Shown here in pieces: positions 8,212-18,246 of a stretch of DNA of 34,246 nt (its first letter is position 1; the number at the start of each line of letters is the position of its first letter). The DNA comes from a virus (Duplodnaviria > Heunggongvirae > Uroviricota > Caudoviricetes). The DNA lies in IMG/VR virus record IMGVR_UViG_2529292882_000018, positions 1 through 34,246 of that record. One strand, given 5' to 3'. A program made the translations under genes and the position numbers. Under the pieces are notes generated by a model. That model had not been told where the DNA came from, made no database searches, and was given only the letters and a program-made list of their open reading frames with translations.

Positions 8212-8709
8212 ATGAGTTTAGAACTAATTCCCTTAGTAATTCGTAAAGGCGAAAAAGTCACGCTTGCGAATGAAGAGGGTGTAACAATTCAGGTAGGAAA
8301 TAGTAATAAAGGTATCATTTATCAGGTTGATGATACTCCGGCTAATCATGAGATTAAAACCTTAGATTTTGCCGAAGGTAAATATACCATCGTAATAACT
8401 TTTGAAGAAGAACTGGTATCAATGCAGGAATTAACTGTTTTGCCAGTATTCGCCAAACAATCCAAAAAAGAATATCTGCGGGAAACTATCGCCATTTTGG
8501 AACAAGTCATCTTTTCTCGTTTATCTGGGGACGAAGCCGCATTATCTCAAATGACCGTGAAAGGGAATACTTTCGCCTATGAGTCATTGGGTGTTCTCCA
8601 GCAATTGAAGACTGATTATGAACGTCAGTTATCTAAATTAATTCAAGCCGAACGACGTAAACAGGGAATTAGCCCGATTAAAAATATCAAATTACGTCTT
8701 ACGCGATAA
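8212..8709 (+). CDS. hypothetical protein (head-assembly position)
   Basis: 165-aa ORF with AAGGGGTAAT RBS, between terminase and portal. Confidence 0.55.
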   Translation: MSLELIPLVIRKGEKVTLANEEGVTIQVGNSNKGIIYQVDDTPANHEIKTLDFAEGKYTIVITFEEELVSMQELTVLPVFAKQSKKEYLRETIAILEQVIFSRLSGDEAALSQMTVKGNTFAYESLGVLQQLKTDYERQLSKLIQAERRKQGISPIKNIKLRLTR

Positions 8710-8719
8710 GGGGTAAATC

Positions 8720-10231
8720 ATGTTTAATCTTTTTCGACGCAAAAAGGCGGTAGAAACTCCAGTTAAAACTAATCACCGCCAGCAACAACCAAAAATTTTC
8801 ATCGACAAACAAGTAGAAAAATTCCAGAAAGATTTGTCTAAGCGTTCTTTGGGCTTAGTTGGTGATCGCATTGATGGATCGCTTCAACAAGATACCATTA
8901 CAGGAACCTTCAATAAGGCTCTCAAATCGAACGGTAAGCGCCTTTATGATCAGGGTCGTACTCTGGCTATAAACAATGCTGTAGGTAAGCGATACAAGCA
9001 GTATATCGTTGACCAAGTTGTTGGCACGGGGCTTGATCCGAAGCCATCAATCGTTAAATCAAATGGCAAACTTGACACCGCACTGAATAAGCAAATCGAG
9101 AATGCTTTCTGGAAGTGGGCGCAGAGTGCTAAACGCTTCTCTCGCAACGGTCGCTTTAACTTCCGTGAAATGCTGGCAATGGCAGAATCTGAACGTGTTC
9201 AGGGTGGAGAATGTTTCATCGTTTTAACCAAAGAAAACAACGAGTTACAAGTTTCTATTCTGTCTGCTGATAGGTGTGACTGGTCGCTTAGTCGTGAAAT
9301 AAGCAAAGACCGCGCGATCTATCAAGGGATTGAGTATGACGTAGAAACAATGCGCCCTGTAGCATACTGGTTTAGAAAAATCAATCTACTGACTCAGACC
9401 TACACTGGCGAAAATTATCGCGTAGATGCTTCTCAGGTGTGCCACTACTACCAGCCACTGTGCGCGGAAAGTTTACGTGGCGTGACTGACTTCCTGCCAG
9501 TGATTAAGGATATCGCACATCAAGACGCATTCCGCGAAGCTGTACTGGTCATGAAACGAATTTCAGCTTGTAACATGGCGTTCATCGAGCGTCCGAAAGA
9601 TTCTGGTGACGATTTTGATACTGGTGAAGATGATGAACAGTATCAAGCGCCAGAAGTTATTCACGATTTCGCGCCAGGTACTATTCAGGAATTACCGGAA
9701 GGGGCAACGATTAAATCAATCCAATCTACTCAATCAGGCGATGATTTTAACAGCTTCAATGATGCGATGTTTACTAGCGTATCAATGGGATTGGGCGTGT
9801 TCAAACAGGGCTTGACTGGTGATACTTCCCAGATCAACTACTCAGCCGCACGTTTCGGTGAATTAACCCAGCGCACACGAGTTAAAGCACTGCAAAACAA
9901 ATTAATTGAAACAGTGGTATTGCCAATTTTCGAAGCATATCTACGCCATTATTCCGCGCGTGGTATTGTTCCGATTCGTATTACTGCAATTCCGCATATT
10001 ATCGATAATACAACTATTATCCGTCCGCGTTTTGAATCCGTCGATCCATTTAAAGACGTAAGCGCCGAGATTGCTTTAATTGATAACGGACTTAAATCAC
10101 GTACTGCCGTTATATTAGAACGTGGTGATGATCCTGAAAAAGTATTCTCAGAGATTCAAGCCGAAAAGAGCGCACTAAATATTATCGTTGATGGTGAGGG
10201 TGAAGAAAAAAATTCCCCAGCCGATCCCTAA
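8720..10231 (+). CDS. portal protein (by position and size)
   Basis: 503-aa ORF directly between large terminase and prohead protease/capsid; strong RBS. Confidence 0.75.
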   Translation: MFNLFRRKKAVETPVKTNHRQQQPKIFIDKQVEKFQKDLSKRSLGLVGDRIDGSLQQDTITGTFNKALKSNGKRLYDQGRTLAINNAVGKRYKQYIVDQVVGTGLDPKPSIVKSNGKLDTALNKQIENAFWKWAQSAKRFSRNGRFNFREMLAMAESERVQGGECFIVLTKENNELQVSILSADRCDWSLSREISKDRAIYQGIEYDVETMRPVAYWFRKINLLTQTYTGENYRVDASQVCHYYQPLCAESLRGVTDFLPVIKDIAHQDAFREAVLVMKRISACNMAFIERPKDSGDDFDTGEDDEQYQAPEVIHDFAPGTIQELPEGATIKSIQSTQSGDDFNSFNDAMFTSVSMGLGVFKQGLTGDTSQINYSAARFGELTQRTRVKALQNKLIETVVLPIFEAYLRHYSARGIVPIRITAIPHIIDNTTIIRPRFESVDPFKDVSAEIALIDNGLKSRTAVILERGDDPEKVFSEIQAEKSALNIIVDGEGEEKNSPADP

Positions 10232-10276
10232 TAACCAACGGGGGCGCAATGCCCCCAATTAATTAAAGGTGATTAA

Positions 10277-12277
10277 ATGCTTAAATTTCGCCGCGATCTT
10301 AACGGTTACGGTGGAGTTATTAACGAAGGGCATAACGATCAATACGAGTTTGAAATTGCTTTCTCCAGTGAACAGCCTTATCAGCGCCAATTCTGGGATG
10401 AGCAAAATCAAGAAATGGTGGTATTAGATGAAATTCTGGTACATACACCGGAAGCGGTTGATCTGTCTCGTCTGAATAATAACGCTCCGTTGCTGTTCAA
10501 TCATAATTTCGATAATCACATTGGTGTTGTTTGTAACGCTCGAATCGATGCGGATAACGTAGGTCGTGCTCTGGTTAAATTCTCTAAGCATGGGACTATG
10601 GCTAACGATATTCGTAATAAAGTCATTGAAGGTACGATGGAAAAAATTTCTGTCGGCTATGACATTAAAGAATATCACATCGATTATGCCAAAGGGCAAT
10701 TGATTGTTACTAAGTGGGCACCCTATGAACTCTCATTTGTCACCGTTCCTGCTGACGATACGGTTGGTTTAAATCGCTCTCTAAATACTATCACAGTTAA
10801 TTTGGAGGCTAAACGCGATATGACTAAAGAACAAATCGAAGAAATCAAAGAAGAACAAGAAGCCGCTCAGGTTGAAGAAACTCCGGTAGAAGAAAATAAA
10901 GAATCGGAAGTTGAAGAAACTCAAGAGCGCCAAGTTGAAGAGAATAAAGAAGATGAAAATCTCGAAGACGGAAAAGACGCTGAACATCCTGAAAGTGTTG
11001 ATGATGATAGTTCAACTGTTCGGGAAACAGAAGAAGTAAAAGAAGAACGTGAAGCCGCTCCGGTTGAAGAAGAAAAAACCGAAGAAGTGGCTGAACGTTC
11101 CGAAGAAGACGAAGAAGAAATTCGCGAAATTGCACGCGAACTAAATATTGATGACTCTGAATTAGCACGCGCATTGGCAATTAAAGACATGACGCCGGAA
11201 GCATTCCGCACTAAGGCACTAAATAATCTCGTCAATGCTCAACGTAATAACGAACAAATTAAGGACTCTAAAATGGAAAAAACTTTTGACCTGAACAACG
11301 TAATTCGCTCTCTGGTAGATGGTGCTGCTCTGGGTGCTAACGAAGCTGAATATTCCGCTATGGCTGCTGGTGCTGCAATGCAGCGTGGTCGTGCTGCTCG
11401 CGGTGGCTCTGTATTCGTTCCGGCTGCTGCTATGCGTGCTGCTTCTGCTGGTAACACCAAAGCCGACCTGACCGCTATCACTGACGAAAAACTGATGACT
11501 GAATCCTACATCGAAATGCTGATGCCGGAATCTGTTCTGGGTCGTCTGGGTGTGACTGTTTACAGTGGCTTGAACTCACCGACCGCTATTCCAAAAATGA
11601 CTAAATCCAGCGTTGACGCTTTCGGCTTCGTTGATGAAAACGGTGCTGCACCGGAAAGCAAAGCTGAATTTGCAAACGTGAAACTGTCTCCTAAGACTTT
11701 TGCTGGTGGCAACCCGATCAGCCGTCAGTCGCTGAAAACCGTTCCGGGCATCGCTACCCTGATCACTGATCACATTAACAAAGCTGTTCGCATCAAACTG
11801 GAACAACTGATTCTGTCTGATAAAGCTAACGACCGTGGTCCGGCTGGTCTGGTTAAGCAACTGGTAGACGCTAGCCGCGTTACCAAGAAAGCTGCTTTCT
11901 CTTATAAAGACTTCCTGAAAGAAATTGCAGCACTGACCGACGCTGGCGTTCCTGCTCAGGCGATCAAGTTTGCAATGAGCGGTGCAACTGCTGCTGAACT
12001 GGAATCTACCCTGAAAGATAACGGCGTTTCCGGTTATATCATCGAAAACGGCAAACTGGCTGGTTACGAAGTAGTTACTTCTGGCGTTATCCCGGCAGAC
12101 CACATCGTTCTGGGTGACTTCTCCGGTATTACTATCGGTGAGTGGGGAGGTCTGGAACTCGACATGGATCTAACTACATATAGGGATCGTGGTGCGGTAG
12201 TGCCTCGTATCTTTGTAGATTTGGACTACGTTGTAGCACAGCCGGAAGCTCTGAAAGTTCTTCACATCTCCGAATGA
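10277..12277 (+). CDS. prohead protease - acidic scaffold-like linker - major capsid protein fusion
   Basis: 666 aa; N-terminus has ELSFVTVPADD motif typical of HK97-type prohead proteases; middle is Glu-rich with repeated EAA(Q/P)VEE units; C-terminal ~330 aa is capsid-like with highly biased codons. Confidence 0.75.
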   Translation: MLKFRRDLNGYGGVINEGHNDQYEFEIAFSSEQPYQRQFWDEQNQEMVVLDEILVHTPEAVDLSRLNNNAPLLFNHNFDNHIGVVCNARIDADNVGRALVKFSKHGTMANDIRNKVIEGTMEKISVGYDIKEYHIDYAKGQLIVTKWAPYELSFVTVPADDTVGLNRSLNTITVNLEAKRDMTKEQIEEIKEEQEAAQVEETPVEENKESEVEETQERQVEENKEDENLEDGKDAEHPESVDDDSSTVRETEEVKEEREAAPVEEEKTEEVAERSEEDEEEIREIARELNIDDSELARALAIKDMTPEAFRTKALNNLVNAQRNNEQIKDSKMEKTFDLNNVIRSLVDGAALGANEAEYSAMAAGAAMQRGRAARGGSVFVPAAAMRAASAGNTKADLTAITDEKLMTESYIEMLMPESVLGRLGVTVYSGLNSPTAIPKMTKSSVDAFGFVDENGAAPESKAEFANVKLSPKTFAGGNPISRQSLKTVPGIATLITDHINKAVRIKLEQLILSDKANDRGPAGLVKQLVDASRVTKKAAFSYKDFLKEIAALTDAGVPAQAIKFAMSGATAAELESTLKDNGVSGYIIENGKLAGYEVVTSGVIPADHIVLGDFSGITIGEWGGLELDMDLTTYRDRGAVVPRIFVDLDYVVAQPEALKVLHISE

Positions 12278-12420
12278 ACTAGCGTAGAACCTTCTGAACC
12301 TTCCCCCGATTTGGGGGAAGAAAATCTGATTCCATCTCAGGAAGAAGAATCCCAGACGGTTACGGCGAAAGCCACAGCTAAAAAGGTGGGACGTCCACCG
12401 AAAGCAAAATAATAATAATT

Positions 12421-12448
12421 AGCCCTGCCTAACGGTGGGGCTTTTTTG
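12421..12448 (+). terminator. intrinsic terminator after capsid region
   Basis: AGCCCTGCC-TAAC-GGTGGGGCT hairpin followed by TTTTTT. Confidence 0.7.
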
Positions 12449-12477
12449 TATGTAAATACTCCATAAAGGGGGTAACT

Positions 12478-12768
12478 ATGTTCAAATTATCAGAATCACA
12501 ATTATCAAGAATGTTCCGAAGTGCTCCTGTATTTTCGGTGGAAGGTGGTAAATCAATTCGTGCTTATCATGAAATTACTACTACCGACGAACAAGGGGTA
12601 ATGACAGAGACAGAATTTCTATTTTGTCGTGAGGGAGACTTAAAGCAAGGTGATATTGTCATTGTAGAAAATCAGCGTTTCAAAGTTCAATACGTTAAGC
12701 GCAATGGTGACAATACCGCAGATTGCTTTATCACTCTGGCAGGGGGTACACATGCTCGCTACCGTTAA
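12478..12768 (+). CDS. hypothetical head-tail connector candidate
   Basis: 96-aa ORF with AAGGGGGTAA RBS immediately after capsid gene. Confidence 0.55.
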   Translation: MFKLSESQLSRMFRSAPVFSVEGGKSIRAYHEITTTDEQGVMTETEFLFCREGDLKQGDIVIVENQRFKVQYVKRNGDNTADCFITLAGGTHARYR

Positions 12769-13174
12769 TAATATGCCTAGACTGAAAATCAAACGCGCCT
12801 TGCAAGATATTATCGAACAAGATTTAGGTCTGGCTTTAAACGTAGAACAAACTCAGCAAGGCTTTAGTGATGACGTGGTTTGTTGGATCACCGGAATGAA
12901 TGAGACTTACACGCGTGTTCGTGGCGGTAATGCAATGCAAGCTGAATGTGTTATCGAAATGCAATTGTATTCTCAGATTCATGAAACCAAAATTCATGAG
13001 GGTATTTGCCAGATAATCCAGATTCAGCCGGATAACCCACGTTTTAAAGATTTGGGCTTCTCAATTTCAGATATCACTCCAGTAGCTTCTAATACCGATT
13101 ATGACGATGATTCTAGTGATGGTGGTATCGTTGGGACACTTAGCCTTAAATTTTCTTATGTAGCGCGTTTTTAA
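12752..13174 (+). CDS. hypothetical head-tail joining candidate
   Basis: Track ORF starts 12704; internal ATG at 12752 has a GGGGG RBS and overlaps the upstream stop by 17 nt. Confidence 0.5.
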   Translation: MLATVNNMPRLKIKRALQDIIEQDLGLALNVEQTQQGFSDDVVCWITGMNETYTRVRGGNAMQAECVIEMQLYSQIHETKIHEGICQIIQIQPDNPRFKDLGFSISDITPVASNTDYDDDSSDGGIVGTLSLKFSYVARF

Positions 13175-13183
13175 GGGGTAATA

Positions 13184-14017
13184 ATGAATATTACACAAGA
13201 TAACTTAGACATTTTCACGGGGTCGCATGTTGAAGTTTCCGTGTCTACTATGGTGGATAACCAGCCGGACTTTTTCGATCCTGCATTTAGTCCTATCGAG
13301 AACATCGCAGCATTCCCGACGATAACCGAATCTACAGAGATCCAGACGTTAGAAGAGTATGATCAGGACGCTACGGGGAAACTTGCTGGTTATCGTAAAC
13401 TTGAATCAACTACGTTAGTAGTAAACCGTGTTCTGGATGACGAACATCAAGACATGTTGATGAAAGCGGTAGAGGATAAAACACCTTTACGCTTCCGAAT
13501 GTTCTATGTTGTGAACTCTGGCTATAGTGCTGCTAACACTGGTTACTATGTCATCTATGATGCTTACGTCACATCACATAAAACCCGTGGTAGCGATAAC
13601 AAAGCGGTAACACTGGAATTTAAACTTGAACCAGATGGCGGGATTCTTGCAAGGGGTATCGCGACCGAAGGCCGGATCTTACGTCAAGGTGATTTTGGTT
13701 TGGGTGCTGGTGTACATCCATTCACAGGTCCGATTGATAGCGAAGCATTAGCCGGAAACCGTTTCGTAACTTATCAGGGATCGAGCGCATCTAATCCATT
13801 TAGTGCTGATACTTCACTAATTCACGTTCAACCTAATGAAGATGGTGGATGGCAATTAACTTGCACCGCTTCCGGCGCACCACGTTTACGAGTTCGCACA
13901 GTCCAGAAAGACGGTAATTCGGGATGGGTGAAAGTGTATTCCACAGAAGAAAAACCGACACCAGCCGAGATTGAAGCCGTTTCTATCCATGACCGGATCG
14001 ATTTCGGTGAGTTCTAG
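13184..14017 (+). CDS. putative virion structural protein
   Basis: 277-aa ORF with strong RBS; C-terminal EEKPTPAEIEAVS motif is shared with the side fibre (KPTPAEIGAYS). Confidence 0.55.
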   Translation: MNITQDNLDIFTGSHVEVSVSTMVDNQPDFFDPAFSPIENIAAFPTITESTEIQTLEEYDQDATGKLAGYRKLESTTLVVNRVLDDEHQDMLMKAVEDKTPLRFRMFYVVNSGYSAANTGYYVIYDAYVTSHKTRGSDNKAVTLEFKLEPDGGILARGIATEGRILRQGDFGLGAGVHPFTGPIDSEALAGNRFVTYQGSSASNPFSADTSLIHVQPNEDGGWQLTCTASGAPRLRVRTVQKDGNSGWVKVYSTEEKPTPAEIEAVSIHDRIDFGEF

Positions 14018-14044
14018 TATTCACTTCCTAAATAAAACATGACG

Positions 14045-14072
14045 CGGGGAGGTTAACGCCTCCCTTATTCCT
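14045..14072 (+). terminator. intrinsic terminator
   Basis: GGGAGG-TTAACG-CCTCCC hairpin followed by T-rich tract, upstream of fibre gene. Confidence 0.55.
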
Positions 14073-14092
14073 GTTTTATGTGAGGTGATTAG

Positions 14093-17000
14093 ATGCAATC
14101 AATCCAATTTAAACGAACTAATGTTTCTGGCAAAAAGCCAACGCCGGAACAATTACAGGTCGGTGAGGTGGCAATCAACCTTAAAGACCATGTTATTTTT
14201 ACCAAAGACCGAGATCATGAAGTAGTTCAAATCTCTGTTTCTCCTGAAACTCACGCGGCACTAGAATCTAAAGTTGATGCTAACAAACAAGAATTGGATA
14301 GCACAATTGCAGTAAATGACCGCAATATTCACGCTAAAGTAGATGAAATTAAACAAACTACTGATTCTACTATCGCAGCAAATCATGCAGAAATTAACAA
14401 TAAAGTTGATGTAATTAAACGCGAAACCGACGCGACAATCGAAGCTAATAAAAATAAAGCTGCTTCCGATCTTGCTGGTGTTAAAGCTGAATTGTCGGAT
14501 ACCATCAACGCTAATAAAAATGCGGCTGCTGTAGCAACTCAGGAACTGGACACCCGCATCAATAAAAAAGTTGATGATATTAAATCCCGTACAGATGCAA
14601 CCATCGCAAGCAATGACAAAGCAATCAATGACAAAGTTGATTTGATTAAGACAGAAACTGACCGCACTATCGCAGCAAATAAAGTCTATGCGGAAAATCA
14701 GTTAACTGACACCTACAATAACCTTACTGGTGTGATTGCAGCTAATAAGCAAGAGGCAGCGGATAACGTTGCGGCATTAACCCGTGATGTTGAAGCCAAA
14801 AATACAGCAATTCATAGCAAAGTTGACAATAACAAGTCTTACACTGATTCTGAACTGGCACGTTTAGAAAGCCGTATTGATGCAGCCGATGGATCTGCTG
14901 ATGGCAAGTACATCAAAAAACACGTAAACACTTATACTGATGGTTATTTGCTGTCTAAGACCGCAAACTATTTTGATGATCCAAATGCGCGTAATCTTGA
15001 TTACTTTGGTGCATTCCGCATGAATGACCTGGCGGGTCATATTGCAATGATCTTGCATGTTCCGCATCCATCTGGTGTTAATCATGCTCGTGGCTTTGAG
15101 TTCACTTATGGGTCTAATCCACATGCTACTGTAAGAACATACGGCTATGATGAATTAGGTAATTTGTCATATTCTCACCGCATGTATCATGAAGGTGATA
15201 AACCTACTCCGGCTGAAATTGGCGCATATTCGAAAGCAGAAATTGACCGGATGTTCCAGAAGACCATCAACTTTGGTGTAGAAACTGGATGGTTTAAAAT
15301 TGCTACCGCCTTTATTCCGCAAAATGACGGACGTAGCTTGAAAATTAGATTGATTGGTGGAAATGGGTGGAACGTAGGACAAACTGGACAATGTAATATT
15401 ATTGAACTTGTTATAAGGACTAGCAACGGTTCGCCTAAAGGAATTAACTTTGTTGCGTATCATCATGTTTCTGGTTACGAAAATCAATTTTGTGCCATTA
15501 ATACAGGTGATGACACTTATGATATCTATGCATATTACTTCGAATTTACTAATATGGTAATGGCTGAATATCAAGCGTCCAGCGATGTTAATTTAACTGT
15601 ACTTGATCGACCTGAATATGTAGGCGATAAACCTGTAGCTGACCATATCTATGATGCATATACAATACACTCCTTTAACAGTTTCAGTAACCGTGGAACG
15701 TTAAATTTTGCTGGAAACCATCAAGGCCAATATGACATTGAGCATATGAACGAACAACCGACAAATGCTAAAAAGATGTTGCGTCGGTTTAGAAGCTCTG
15801 CCCTCGCGACAATCTGGCATGAAACCGTTGATGATAACGCATATCGTCTTGCCACTGGCGGTACAGATTCAGGTCAACAATTATTGCTGACAACAACCGG
15901 GTTACATGTCAAGAGATTAACATTGGATGGCGGTGCTGCGGGTGGAAATGCTGGTATTGATATTCGTCGAGGACCAAACGAAGCAAGCCATTTTAATTTT
16001 ATGGATTATCGCACTGGTCAAGATGTTCGTAATGGCTGGTTTGGTTTTGGTGATTTGACGACCAAAGATTTTATTTGGTGTAACGATAACGGTCAAAACT
16101 CGATAAACTTGATTGAAAACGGTGAATTACATATTACTGGTGGTAAAGGCCAGAAAATTGTAATGAATAGCGAAGTCGCATTGTCTGAAAATGCTCGTTT
16201 GGCTGTTAAAGGTGGTAATTATGGCTTAATTTTTAGAAATGATGGTACTAGTTTCCATATACTGACTACCGATTTAAAAGATTCTTTTGGAAATTGGAAT
16301 AATCGTAGACCATTCAGCTATGATTTCGCCGAAGGTGGATTAGATCTAGGTGGCACAACGACCGAACGCTGTTTACATCTGGGAATTGATGGTAGTACCC
16401 GCATCGAGGAGAACTTAGTTTTCCGATCTGGGTCGCGTCAATCAATGGACTATATTGAAATGATCCATTGGGGTAACAGTAATATCGCTCGTGACAACGT
16501 TTTGAGTATGAAAGACTCAAAAGGATTCCTTGCTGAATTTGAACGAGTGGGTGGGACTAACGGCGTTAAAACCAGATTCTTTGGTGAAACATTCACTGAT
16601 GGTACATTATACCTAAATCAGATGAATAATAGCTCTGAACGATTCTCTATCAACAATTGGGGAAATTCAGAAGTTGGACGCGCGGCAGTAATGGAAATCG
16701 GCGATTCCAAAGGTTATCACTTCTATACGGAACGTAGAACAGATAACAGTTTGATGTTTGATGTTGCTGGCGCTTTTACTGTGCATGGACCTAGCGGGAT
16801 CACTATCAAAAACTCTGATGGTGCTCGTCACATCTGGTTTAGAGATAACAGCGATACAGAAAAGGCTGTTATCTGGGCTACAGATGAGGGTATTTTACAT
16901 ATTCGCAATAACCACGGTGGACAATTTAGTCATCACTTCCAGGGTGCAATGATTAAAGCGGGAGAGCGTGTTCCATATAATAGTGAATACGCTCTTATCC

Positions 17001-17602
17001 GTGGTGATATTTCCGGTGGTGCATGGGTAGACTGGCGAGCGCGTCCGGCTGGATTGTTGGTAGACTGTCAGGACTCACGAAATCAAGCATATAACATTTG
17101 GAAAGCTACTCATTGGGGCGAACAGCACCTTGCGGCGATGGGTGTTCATGCTGGCGGTGGTAATCCTCATGTTGTATTGCATGTGGGTGGGAATGATTAT
17201 GCATTTGCATTTAACGGTGATTTTACTGCTGGTGCTGCTGTATATTGTAACGACGTTTATATTCGTTCTGACCGTCGTCTGAAAATTAATGTTGAAGACT
17301 ACGAAGAGAATGCGGTGGATAAGGTAAATAAACTCAAAGTTAAAACCTATGATAAAGTTAAATCTCTTTCTGACCGCGAAGTTATCGGCCATGAGATTGG
17401 TATTATCGCACAGGATTTGCAAGAAGTATTACCGGAAGCTGTTAGCACTTCTAGTGTCGGATCTCAGGATAACCCAGAAGAAATTTTAACAATTTCAAAC
17501 TCCGCAGTGAACGCGCTTTTAATTAAAGCGGTCCAAGAAATGAGCGAAGAAAATAAAATCCTTCGTGAACGTCTTGCTGCAATTGAGGCTAAATTAGGGT
17601 AA
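14093..17602 (+). CDS. side tail fibre / tailspike-like protein with C-terminal intramolecular chaperone (S74-type) domain
   Basis: 1169 aa; N-terminal tandem ~21-aa KVD..IK..TD.TIAAN repeats; C-terminal SDRRLKINVED...IGIIAQDLQEV... matches the auto-cleaving chaperone domain known from T5 L-shaped fibre and K1F endosialidase. Confidence 0.8.
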   Translation: MQSIQFKRTNVSGKKPTPEQLQVGEVAINLKDHVIFTKDRDHEVVQISVSPETHAALESKVDANKQELDSTIAVNDRNIHAKVDEIKQTTDSTIAANHAEINNKVDVIKRETDATIEANKNKAASDLAGVKAELSDTINANKNAAAVATQELDTRINKKVDDIKSRTDATIASNDKAINDKVDLIKTETDRTIAANKVYAENQLTDTYNNLTGVIAANKQEAADNVAALTRDVEAKNTAIHSKVDNNKSYTDSELARLESRIDAADGSADGKYIKKHVNTYTDGYLLSKTANYFDDPNARNLDYFGAFRMNDLAGHIAMILHVPHPSGVNHARGFEFTYGSNPHATVRTYGYDELGNLSYSHRMYHEGDKPTPAEIGAYSKAEIDRMFQKTINFGVETGWFKIATAFIPQNDGRSLKIRLIGGNGWNVGQTGQCNIIELVIRTSNGSPKGINFVAYHHVSGYENQFCAINTGDDTYDIYAYYFEFTNMVMAEYQASSDVNLTVLDRPEYVGDKPVADHIYDAYTIHSFNSFSNRGTLNFAGNHQGQYDIEHMNEQPTNAKKMLRRFRSSALATIWHETVDDNAYRLATGGTDSGQQLLLTTTGLHVKRLTLDGGAAGGNAGIDIRRGPNEASHFNFMDYRTGQDVRNGWFGFGDLTTKDFIWCNDNGQNSINLIENGELHITGGKGQKIVMNSEVALSENARLAVKGGNYGLIFRNDGTSFHILTTDLKDSFGNWNNRRPFSYDFAEGGLDLGGTTTERCLHLGIDGSTRIEENLVFRSGSRQSMDYIEMIHWGNSNIARDNVLSMKDSKGFLAEFERVGGTNGVKTRFFGETFTDGTLYLNQMNNSSERFSINNWGNSEVGRAAVMEIGDSKGYHFYTERRTDNSLMFDVAGAFTVHGPSGITIKNSDGARHIWFRDNSDTEKAVIWATDEGILHIRNNHGGQFSHHFQGAMIKAGERVPYNSEYALIRGDISGGAWVDWRARPAGLLVDCQDSRNQAYNIWKATHWGEQHLAAMGVHAGGGNPHVVLHVGGNDYAFAFNGDFTAGAAVYCNDVYIRSDRRLKINVEDYEENAVDKVNKLKVKTYDKVKSLSDREVIGHEIGIIAQDLQEVLPEAVSTSSVGSQDNPEEILTISNSAVNALLIKAVQEMSEENKILRERLAAIEAKLG

Positions 17603-17641
17603 TTGGAAAGCGGGGCGAAAATCCCCGCTAAGGATTCTTAT

Positions 17642-17938
17642 ATGGGATATTGGGTAAGTAGTGAAATTAATACTAAAATCGATGCTTTAAAATGGCATGT
17701 ATTTGATATTCCTAACGGCTATGGTACTGCTCGTGCTGGTGTCGCTGTAATGCGTCATAATGCTGGTGGTGGGTGGTCTGATGCACATATTAACGTAGAT
17801 GGTTTGACCGTTGCTCGTCGTCGTGGTGGGACCAATTGGGGATCTACTATAAATTCGTTTGTTCCTGCTGGCTGCACCGTCTCCTTTGGTTTAGGGGGTG
17901 AAGGTGGTGTTGAATATTTTAAATTCATGGAGTTTTAA
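17642..17938 (+). CDS. small Gly-rich protein, paralog 1 of 3
   Basis: Track ORF starts at TTG 17603 inside a hairpin; ATG 17642 with AAGGA RBS gives MGYWV...FDIPNGYG. Confidence 0.55.
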   Translation: MGYWVSSEINTKIDALKWHVFDIPNGYGTARAGVAVMRHNAGGGWSDAHINVDGLTVARRRGGTNWGSTINSFVPAGCTVSFGLGGEGGVEYFKFMEF

Positions 17939-17940
17939 TT

Positions 17941-18246
17941 ATGGCTGGATGGATAAATCAAAGAATGTCAAACGCTATTAGTATTTGGGCTAATGGTGGA
18001 TATTTTGATATCCCCAACGGTTGGGTCACTGATTCATGCGGAATTGTCTTTGCTCATATGGAAGCCATTAACGGTGCTGGTGATCTTGATTCTGAATTGG
18101 CTGTAAATGGATTGATTGAATCAGGTCATCATGCTGGTGATGCTGGGAGTTGGGGCGCTAGTTCTTTAGTTGGCGCTGGTGCTACCGTTAGCTTTACATT
18201 GGGTAAAGGTAGTTTGCATTATTTCAAATTCAGGAGAATGCACTAA
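17941..18246 (+). CDS. small Gly-rich protein, paralog 2 of 3
   Basis: 101 aa, MAGWI...FDIPNGWV; DNA-level similarity to neighbours around the GATATTCCTAACGG block. Confidence 0.55.
   Translation: MAGWINQRMSNAISIWANGGYFDIPNGWVTDSCGIVFAHMEAINGAGDLDSELAVNGLIESGHHAGDAGSWGASSLVGAGATVSFTLGKGSLHYFKFRRMH

Noticed and set aside
10781-11481. Minus-strand ORFs antisense to the Glu-rich capsid linker
   Set aside because: Leu/Phe/Ser-rich antisense translations of the GAA-rich coding strand.
17603-17641. Track start (TTG) of the first small paralog
   Set aside because: It lies inside the post-fibre hairpin; the ATG at 17642 with an RBS aligns with the N-termini of the other two paralogs.
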